NCBI RefSeq assembly: GCF_006345805.1
Contig: NW_021832697.1
Location: forward strand, 1-31,060
DNA: 31,060 bases
Direction: 5' to 3'
DNA from: Octopus sinensis
Lineage: Eukaryota
In this document: piece after piece, positions 22,241 to 31,060 of the stretch
Layout: each line of letters begins with the position of its first letter
Numbering within the stretch: the stretch's first letter is position 1
Program-made: the position numbers and the translations under genes
Notes under the pieces: generated by a model
Told to the model about the DNA's origin: nothing
The model's database searches: none
Seen by the model: the letters and a program-made list of their open reading frames with translations, nothing else

Positions 22241-22579
22241 TACTATACATGCTAACATACAAGCAGATACGCTTACGTTTGCATATATCAATTTAGCATG
22301 TCAAAGAAACGCGGTGACATATTTCATAAATATTTCAAACATCTTGATTGCTATGGCCGCCACGAAGTACGAAAATTGTGTTAGACATCGCAACTGGTAG
22401 ATCTTTCATCACCGGCAGATTTTAACTTGATGCCAACCAATATAATTACGATGCACTGTCTTCGTGTGTTCTATAAAAAGTGATCTCTAGGGAATGGAAA
22501 TATGGGCCCAAAGAGAAATATTTGCGTAGTGCAATTCATGGTCTAAAATATTCATGTACAACGAATAAATGTGTGAGTT

Positions 22580-22818
22580 CATGTGTGTGTATGTATGTGT
22601 GTGTATGTGCGTGTGTGTGTATGTGTTGTGTGTGAAATTTTTGTCTGTCTGTGTGTATCTTTCTCAGTGTGTGCGCATGTTGTGCATTGAGTGTTTGTAC
22701 GTTTATGTGGGTTTGTGAGCAATTATACATATGTATGTATTCTATATATACATATATATATATACATATATATATAAATATATATATCACATATACTATG
22801 TATTATGTATATATATAT

Positions 22819-22865
<47 letters not shown>

Positions 22866-22879
22866 GATAGATAGATGAT

Positions 22880-22919
<40 letters not shown>

Positions 22920-22934
22920 GATAGATAGATAGAT

Positions 22935-22977
<43 letters not shown>

Positions 22978-22985
22978 TATATATG
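22580..22985. repeat. (TG)/(TA)/(GATA)n microsatellite region
   Basis: Direct inspection. Confidence 0.95.
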
Positions 22986-23004
22986 TATCGAAATATATAT
23001 GCAA

Positions 23005-24611
23005 ATATTCTTTTACTTGTTTCAGTCATTTGACTGCGGCCATGCTGGAGCACCGCCTTTGGTCAAACAAACCGACCCTAGGACTTATTCTTTATATGCC
23101 TAGTCCTTATTCTATCGGTCAATTTTGCCGAACCACTATGTTACAGGGATGTCAACACACCAGCATCAGTTGTTATGCGATAGTGGGCGGTCAAACGCAA
23201 ACACACAAATGCGTACATCTATATACATAAATATGCAATGGTGTCTGTCTGTCTGTGTGTTTGAGGTTACTCTAACTCCTCTCACACCGTCCAACCGATT
23301 TTTTATGATTTTGGCCGGATTTTTTCGAAAACTCGATAATACTCAGTTGGCATCGACTTTTGTGAGCTCACTCGGGCGTTTGAATAGAAATTCCCATAAC
23401 GATGTTTATTTTTCCTGCAGCTCTTGCATTTTCGTCCGATTTTGCTGAAAAACGAGTGAGTGAGGCTCATGGCAGTGAGTATATTGCGCTGACAAAAATC
23501 GGTAATTGCGCCTGAGCAGTGGTTTTATAAAATCAATAGGCTTTTTTGTATGCAAATTCCCAGAGGGATTTTATTTTTGGCCGTAAATTGTATATTTTTA
23601 TCTAATTTTAATAAAATTTGAGATGTAGGTAAATTTTCTGGTGGGGGAGACGATAAAAATGTTTATTTAATTCAAAACAACTTGAAAAGGGCACAAATCC
23701 AAATAAGCATTTCCTTAGAGACATTCTTATTGATTTTGTAGAAATTTTACACGTGATTACAGTTCATGTCCATTAGTTGATGCCAGCATGAAAAGTTTAC
23801 AAAAGATCGATAATTGCGCGTGAGCGGAGCATTTTAAGAAATCAATAGGATTTTTGTAGGCAATACCCATAGGATTTATATTTTATACTGTAATTTTTAC
23901 CGAATTCATCCGATTTTGACGACATTTGACATTTAGGCAAAATTAATGGTCGGAGTCATGTAATAGAATTAAAATTAAAATGATGAATGGCAGAAGTCGT
24001 CAAAATTCACTCACAATAAAATATTGAATTGATTTTGAAGAAAATTGACCCGTGAGTAAAATTAAGCACTTAGACATATGAAACATCGATTATTCATTTA
24101 ATGTATTGGGATTTAAAAGTCAATGGGATATTTTTGTGTAAATGGTTACATGGATTCTATTTTATATAACCTTAACATTTTTCTTCGGATTTTGATGAGA
24201 TTGGACACGCTGATCAATTTTGTAGAGAGGTTGACATTAAGGGGAGAGAAATAGACAAACATCACTCTTAACGAGTCGAGGTACACCTAAAAGTTAACCG
24301 GGTAAAATCCCTGCCGAACCAGGGTAATATTTGGCTCGGGGAAAGATTTCCAATACAAGGTCAGAGGTATTCTTAACTCCAACACGGAAAACACGAACAA
24401 CGTTGGGTCCAACAGTTACTACATACATATAGAGAGAGATAAATAAACGACAGTCTTCTTTTAGTTTCCGTCTACAAAACATATTCACAAGGCTTTGGAC
24501 GGCCTCGGGCTATAATAGAAAACACTCACCCAAGGTGCCATGCAGTGGGACTGAACCCGGAACCGTGTGGTTAAGAAGCAAGCTTCTTACCACACAGCCA
24601 TTCCTGCGCCT
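23005..24611 (-). mobile_element. Family B SINE split by a Helitron (parts 23005-23217 and 24420-24611)
   Basis: The two halves are collinear with 3274-3680 once 23218-24419 is removed. Confidence 0.88.
23218..24419 (+). mobile_element. Non-autonomous Helitron-like element
   Basis: 5' TCTATATACATAAA..(TCTG)n; CCGATTTT motifs; internal degenerate repeats of about 300 bp; 3' decayed hairpin ACACGAACAACGTTGGGT followed by GTTAC (GCTAG-like). Inserted at A|T with no TSD. Confidence 0.75.
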
Positions 24612-24619
24612 GATATTAT

Positions 24620-24665
24620 GCGTGTGTGTGTTTTTATGCATATATCTATATCTATATATATATAT

Positions 24666-24708
<43 letters not shown>

Positions 24709-25032
24709 TATATTATATTATATATATATATATACAGAGAAAGAGTGAAATTACTAAGTATATATATCTATATCTATATGTGTGTGTGTTTCTATGCATA
24801 TGTGCATATATCTATATCTCTTTGCATGTAATGTGTGTATATATATATACATGCATAGAGAGACAGACACACAGACAGATATAGAGAGAGAGAAAAAAAG
24901 ATGGTTAGATAAGTAGATAGACAGATAGATAGATAGATACTACATACATACATACATACATACATACATACATACATACATACTTACATACATATATACA
25001 TATATACATACATACATAAATAGTTAGATAGA
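24620..25032. repeat. Compound (TA)/(TG)/(GATA)/(TACA) microsatellite
   Basis: Direct inspection. Confidence 0.95.
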
Positions 25033-25496
25033 GGCAATATATGTCGAATCAACAAAAAGTACTCCATCTAGCGAGAAATAGATATCAATTTTATGCACAG
25101 ATGATACAGCGACTAATAGTTTCACCCTTTTATGATCCTTTAACTTTATATATCCAAACAATCTTTCAGGCCCTGTTTGTGCGTGTGATGCATTTTAAAA
25201 GCATTAATTGTGGTCTTTGCAATCATGGAGGACGTGGATCTTGGTTTTGGTGCTTCCGTTTTTTTTTCTCGTTCCGTTTTTTGCATCATCCTTTGCAGTT
25301 TTCTTCTGTTTTTTCTTGGTTTTTGTTTTCGAATTTGCTCATTGTGTAGCGTCCTCGCTTTTAGTATGTATGTAACGCATAAACAGTGCCTGATAGATTG
25401 CTTGGAGATAGGTGGCGTATTTTATAAACATGCTCAGTTAAAGTAACATCAATGGCTGAAACTAGTAATAGCTCTTCCGGTTATGTCTTAAATTGA

Positions 25497-25754
25497 TGTG
25501 TGTATATGTGTGCGTGTGTGTGTGTGCGTGCATGTATGTGTGAGTGTGTGTGCGTGTGTGTGTCCGTGCGTCGGCATGCGTGTGTAAACATTTGTGTGTG
25601 TGTGTGTTTTTCTGTGTGTCTAACGGGAATGAGAGACAAAAATAGAGAGTAATAGAGGTATACAAGAAGTATTTAATGCATATTGTTAACGTTAGAACTC
25701 CAGGACACGATGTGTTGTGGTGTGTGTGTGTGTGTGTGTGTGTTTCTGTGTGTG
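25497..25754. repeat. (TG)n-rich tracts
   Basis: Direct inspection. Confidence 0.9.
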
Positions 25755-25846
25755 ACACGGGGCGCGCTTGCATGTCTTAACGACTCCGCAGTAATGAAAG
25801 CCGACATCCACCTCTGCCGGGTTATGAGTTCACAAAATATAAATGA

Positions 25847-26128
25847 AAGGAGTGGCTGTGTGGTAAGTAGCTTGCTTACCAACCACATGGTTCCGGGTTC
25901 AATCCCACTGCGTGGCACCTTAGACAAGTGTCTTCTACTATAGCCTCGAGCCGACCAAAGCCTTGCGAGTGGATTTGGTCGACGGAAACTATGAGTATGT
26001 GTGTGTGTGTCTGTGTTTGTCCCTCCAACATCGCTTGATAACCGTTGCTGGTTTGTTTACGTCCCCGTAACTTAGCGGTTCGACAAAAGAGACCGATGGA
26101 ATAAGTACCTAAAGTAGAAAAGAATAAT
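25847..26128 (+). mobile_element. Family B SINE ending in a family A type-2 tail end
   Basis: B head and body up to GAATAAGTACC, then TAAAGTAGAAAAGAAT as at 13336-13351. Confidence 0.85.
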
Positions 26129-26363
26129 AGCCGATCTAAAGTTTGGTTGGTTGGTTGGTTGGTTGGTTGGTTGGTTGGTTTCTTCATTGCTCATCTTCTC
26201 TTTTTAACCAAATCCAGTGGCTTGACTTCTCCTTGTAGTCTGGATATCACTCATGGTGGTACATGCTTTACGATGAGCTAGGCCTAGCGACAACAACAAT
26301 AACCTCACACTATGTCCAATAACCCACTACATCTAACTTCGATTGTGAAATACTCTGCCTTCC

Positions 26364-26870
26364 AGCCTGCGTCTCCACATTCTCCTCAAGACATACAGCA
26401 TCTCGAAAGAGTCCAGAAGCTGGCTATCCGCATGGTTCTTGGTCTCAAGAATTTGTCTTATGAAGAAAGGCTGAAGACGCTCGACCTTTATTCTCTAGAA
26501 AAACGACGACGCCGTGGAGATCTCATTCTCGCTCACAACATCATAAGCGGAAAGTATAACCTCTCGAAAGAGCTGTTCTTCACTCCTGCTCCAGAGCGTC
26601 GGCTGCGGGGTCATTCCGAAAAGCTCTATCTGCGACGATTTCATCTCAATCGAAGGAGAGGGGCTTTCTCCGTCCGGGTTGCGGATCCGTGGAACAAGCT
26701 GCCAGACGAGATGGTGAAGATGCCGACGACCGCTCGGTTCAAAGTCTCCCTTGACCTCAAGTGGCCTGAACTCTTTACATGAACACCAAACTGTACATAA
26801 CTCCATGTCCCCCTACATGGCCTTGCTTTTTGCTTTTTGAGCCAAAATATTAACTAACTAACTAACTAAC
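26364..26870 (+). mobile_element. 5'-truncated CR1-group LINE: uninterrupted ORF2 C-terminus, 3' UTR and (TAAC)n tail
   Basis: DIQHLERVQKLAIRMVLGLKNLSYEERLKTLDLYSLEKRRRRGDLI...LRGHSEKL...FSVRVADPWNKLP...FKVSLD; stop at 26782; tail at 26851-26870. Confidence 0.93.
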
Positions 26871-27385
26871 ATTCCGCGAAGTCCGAATAGGGTCCATCTT
26901 ATTTTCATGAGAAGCTATTAATTCGACTAAAACAGACTCAGAAAATTATTAAAAGAATTGATTGATGAATGTTCTATATCTTTCTGGGAAATACACATTT
27001 CTTAATGAAATTTTGCTGATGGGTTTACGGCGGTGTTGATTCTAATTACGCTGATAACATTTAGAAGAATATCATATTCATTGCAATATATGAGTGAAAA
27101 ATTTGACTTTTAATTTTATGTTCAGGTAACAAACATTTTTGTTAAGAAACTTCGTATTCATTTCATGATTTTCAGCAAGCTCCAAGAAATCTGATAAAAG
27201 ATAAATTATAATTAATTGATGTACATACGTCACATTTTCTAATATTACCCATGGTAGTAAATGTATGCTTCCGAAGTTTAAGCAGCATATGGGATAAGGC
27301 TTAAAAGTATAAAGTAATATCTTCGTCAGCAGAAAAGTTGATATCAGCTGGATCAATTATTTATGCATGTTGCAAGTGTATGTCC

Positions 27386-27835
27386 GAGCAATTAAGATGT
27401 TTGTCTCGCAATCATAAGGTCGTGGGTTCGATTCCTAGACCGAGAGAAACCTTGTCTTTGAACAAGGCGTTTTTGTTTTGTTTTATTCCAGATTACTGAG
27501 CTTAAAAATGTGCCCGACACGAGAAACAGACAGACAGACAGGACAGACAGACAGACGGAAAGAAAGATAAATAAGTAGAAGCTGGGCACGAACACAAACA
27601 CAGACATACACACACATAGTTAGAAAGAGAGAAAGTGAGGATAGACAAACAGACAGACAAACAGGCAAGCAGACGGTCGTATTGTCTTCCTTAGTTTCCG
27701 TCTACAAAATACGCTCAATCGTCGGTCGGACCAGTTGTACAGTAGAAGTCACTTATCCAAGATGTTTTACGATGGGTCTGAACCAGAAACCGCATGGTTG
27801 AAAAGCGGATTTATTAACCACACAACCATGTATAC
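27386..27835. mobile_element. Degenerate SINE pieces (tRNA/CORE-like head, + strand, 27386-27475; family B head, - strand, 27672-27835) around (GACA)n
   Basis: GGGTTCGATTCC..CTTTGAACAAGGC; agtttccgtctac..cttatccaag..ttaaccacacaacc. Confidence 0.6.
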
Positions 27836-28005
27836 ACCAATGTGGTCGGCAGAATGCTTCGATCGATTACATAAAACATTATTAGAAGGCCGTATCAATC
27901 ACTAAAGGCAGAAATCAGAACGTAAAGATCCGGAAGAAAACGCAACAAAGCAAATTTGTCCGACGCTCTATTGATTCTGTAAGCTCGCCGATATATAATA
28001 ATAGT

Positions 28006-28655
28006 AATACTTTTTCATATTATAGGCACCGAGGCCTTAAATTTTCAAGGAGTGGTTCTAGTCAATTGCACTGACCTCAGTGATCAAATGGTACTTATTT
28101 CATCGACCCCGAGCGGATGAAAGGCAAAGTCAACCTCGGCGGAATTTGAGCTCGGAAGTAGTGAGAGGCGAAATACCTCTAAGCATTTTGCACGGCGTGT
28201 TAACATTTCTTATTTCTTTATTGCCCACAAAAGGCTAAACATAGAGGGGACAAACAAGGACAGACAAAGGGATTAAGTCGATCAGATCGATCCCAGTGCG
28301 TAACTGGTCCTTAATTTATCGACCCCGAAAGGATGAAAGGCAAAATTGACCTTGGCGGAATTTGAACTCAGAAAGTAATGGAATATCGCTAAGCATTTTG
28401 CCCGGCTTGCTAACGTTTCTTATTTCCTTACTGCTCACAAGGGGCTAAACAATAGAGGGGAGAAACAATGACATACCAAGGAATTAAGTCGATTAGATCG
28501 ACCCCCAGTGCGCAACTGGTACTTGATTTATCGACCTCGAAAGGATGAAAGGCAAAGTCGACCTCGGCGGAATTTGAACTCAGAACGTAACGGCAGACGT
28601 AATACCGGTAAGCATTACGCCCGGCGTGCTAACGTTTCTGCCAGCTCGCCGCCTT
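28006..28655 (-). mobile_element. Family A SINE trimer (full head + tail 1, truncated + tail 1, truncated + tail 2)
   Basis: Same-position junctions AAATAA|GAAA(C/T)GTTA at 28420/28419 and 28210/28209. Confidence 0.92.
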
Positions 28656-28659
28656 TGGT

Positions 28660-28826
28660 TTCAAATTTTGCCGCAAGGGTAGGAAGGGATGAGTCGATTA
28701 CATCAACCCCAGTGTGTAACTGGTATTTCTTTTTATCCATCCCAAAAGAATGAAAGCAAAGTCGACTTTGGCGGAATTTAAACTCACAATGAAAAAGACG
28801 GGCTGTATGCAATTCAGCATGTTGCC
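28660..28826 (-). mobile_element. Degenerate family A SINE
   Basis: gagtcgattacatcaaccccagtgtgtaactggt...gcaaagtcgactttggcggaatttaaactca. Confidence 0.75.
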
Positions 28827-29229
28827 AATAATTATACTAGCTTATCACCTTTACTGTCCAACAGCAAAAATTTCAGCCATATTGACATTAATAATAACAA
28901 TAATAATAAAGTTCGCTTTAATTTTCTTCATTTCACATTTCTTTTCATATCCCTTGCCTGACAGGTATGTTGCAGTGGACATGTTTAATTGTTGAGTAAT
29001 CAGCATATTCACAACTTTAAATAATGAAATTCCCTTTGCAAAACACAGAGATTATGTTTTAATCACTTCAGTTCATCACATACATCCCTGGGGAATATAT
29101 GCAAGGGGAATCGTATTTTAGTAAATTAGTTAGAAGGTGGTAATGGTGAAGGAATTTAACTTATTACGCGTGTTAATGTATTAACAGCATAGAATTGTGA
29201 AATACACACACGAACCTTCATATGTAGAA

Positions 29230-29475
29230 CATATATATATATGTGTGTGTGTACTTACACGTGTGTGTGTGCGTGGGCGTGGATATGTAAGTTTATATAT
29301 ATATATATATATATCTGTGTATACACATATACATATATACATATATACGTTTATATATTAATTATATATAGTATGTATTCTATATATATTATACGCACAC
29401 ATGCTCACATACATATGTGTTGTGAATTACTCTATATGTAAATATACAGATAGATTGAAGGTAGGTGTATAATAT

Positions 29476-29536
<61 letters not shown>

Positions 29537-29700
29537 CATATATATACATGTACATATATATATGTATATATGTGTGTGTGTATGTATGCATATATCTATA
29601 TATACATACATACATACATAGGTATATATATACATATATATATATATATGTGTGTGTGTACGTGTAGTGCATATACGTGTATATCTATGTATATCTATAG
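29230..29700. repeat. Compound (TA)/(TG)/(TACA) microsatellite
   Basis: Direct inspection. Confidence 0.95.
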
Positions 29701-30063
29701 TTCATTTAAGTACGACAATGTACACCATACACCAATTTCAACTCTATTTCCCTTTTAGTTTTACTTTTCGTTTCTTGTTTATTTATTTATTCAGAATATG
29801 AGAATTTAACACTCAAAACGTTTGAATATTCCAAACCAATAATATCCGATCTTTGAGTTTTTATTAATTTTTCAAAGCTTTTCTCTCTATGGTTGGATAT
29901 TCACACACCAATGACCACATCTAGCGCACTTCGTTTAGTACGATATATCACATTGTGTTTACTCATGGTAAAAAGTCATTTATATTTGAACTCTTCTGTT
30001 AAAAAGAGAAAGAAAAGGAAGAGCCTAGGAGTGGCCATGTTGTCGCTTGAGGGAAACACTAAA

Positions 30064-30145
30064 CTTTTCTACTGTAGGCCTGAAATTGTGAGGGAGGGGG
30101 CTAATTGATTACATCGACTCCAGTGCTTAACTGGTCCTTAATTTA
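30064..30145 (-). mobile_element. Family A SINE 3' fragment (tail type 2)
   Basis: ttttctac..aggcctgaaatt..gattacatcgactccagtgcttaactggt. Confidence 0.7.
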
Positions 30146-30473
30146 CATTATTAATATCAGGAAATCAATATTAGAAAATTCTTCAGAAAGATATATACGT
30201 GTGTAAAATAATTATTGTATTAAAAATATAAATATATATAAAAATATATAGGAAATATATATAAATATAAATATATAATGTATATGATAGTTTAAAAGAT
30301 TTTCAATTAGGTTTTTAAAGTATCTTACGATCGTTTCACAGAAGTGCTGTCCCTATAATGGAATCTTATATTGATAAGCATTTAAAGGCAACTCTTCTGC
30401 TCTTCAGAGATTTAAAATTTGAATTTTGTATATCGAATGGTACTTTTTAAAAATTTGAAGTAATACTATAAAA

Positions 30474-30948
30474 TGGTTGTTGTTGGTGGTGGTGGTACTG
30501 GTGGTGGTGGTACCGGTGGTGGTCGTCGTGGTCATGGTCCTGGTCGTAGTCGTCGCAATGACGATACAGTTGATGATTTTTATGGTGATGATAATGCTAA
30601 TGATTGCACCGTCGACGACGATGATTATGATTGTCATTGTAGTAGGGGAGCGGCGAGTTGATTGCGATGGTAATGATTATGATGATGATGGTCATGAGGA
30701 GGAGGAGGAAGATGAGGAAGAGGAGGATGGGGTTGGAGGGGAGGAGGAATTGAAATAAGAAGAAGAAGAAGAAGGAGGAGGAGGAGGAGAGAAGAAGAAG
30801 AAGAAGAAGAAGGAAGAAAAGAAGAGAAGAAGAAGAAGAAGGGGGAGGAGAGAAGAGGGGAGAAGAAGAAGAAGAAGAAAAGGGGAAAAAAGAAGAAGAA
30901 GAAGAAGAAGAAGAAGAAGAAGAAGAAGAAGAAGAAGAAGAAGAAGAA
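30474..30948. repeat. Compound (GGT)/(GAT)/(GAG)/(GAA)n tract
   Basis: Direct inspection. Confidence 0.96.
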
Positions 30949-30950
30949 CC

Positions 30951-31060
30951 ATAGGATCTGTATCTGGATCCTCAACAGTACACACTGTCCAAAAATCAGC
31001 CCTGCTATGAACTGCCCATATCCTACGCAAGACATTATCAATCCAAGAATACAACCTAAA
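30951..31060 (+). pseudogene. C-terminal fragment of a restriction-like-endonuclease non-LTR element (R4/Dong-like)
   Basis: Frame from 30951 reads IGSVSGSSTVHTVQKSALL*TAHILRKTLSIQ, matching the QK..LLGTA.ILR motif with a TGA where Gly is expected. Confidence 0.75.

Noticed and set aside
19014-22322. Similar 18-mer AGAAA(T/C)GC(T/G)GTGACAT at about 19015 and 22305
   Set aside because: Short, with two mismatches and no extended homology; compatible with chance.
26141-26360. (TTGG)n plus adjacent unique block as a possible minus-strand retroelement end
   Set aside because: No recognisable coding motif, TSD or second copy in the window.

Overview
Eukaryotic, AT-rich, gene-free (intronic or intergenic) DNA, densely packed with microsatellites and interspersed repeats. 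The repeat complement strongly suggests a cephalopod (Octopus-like) genome; this is an inference. No host protein-coding gene is supported: almost all listed ORFs are translations of simple repeats or SINEs, and the only protein-like sequences are decayed transposon fragments. These are three CR1-group LINE ORF2 C-termini, an R4/Dong-like C-terminus and a DD41D-like Tc1/mariner. The window also holds four tRNA-derived SINE families (my labels A-D) with swapped tails, nested insertions and head-to-tail multimers, a MITE with an 8-bp TSD and internal telomere-like repeats, and a non-autonomous Helitron nested in a SINE. The most interesting signal is a cluster of hammerhead-ribozyme-like folds at about 9.2-9.9 kb. 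One has a canonical CUGAUGA/GAAA core and a long stem I; the others have variant cores, with one more variant at 1.5 kb. They are probably Penelope-like retroelement or retrozyme remnants. I see no evidence for a novel protein-coding system.
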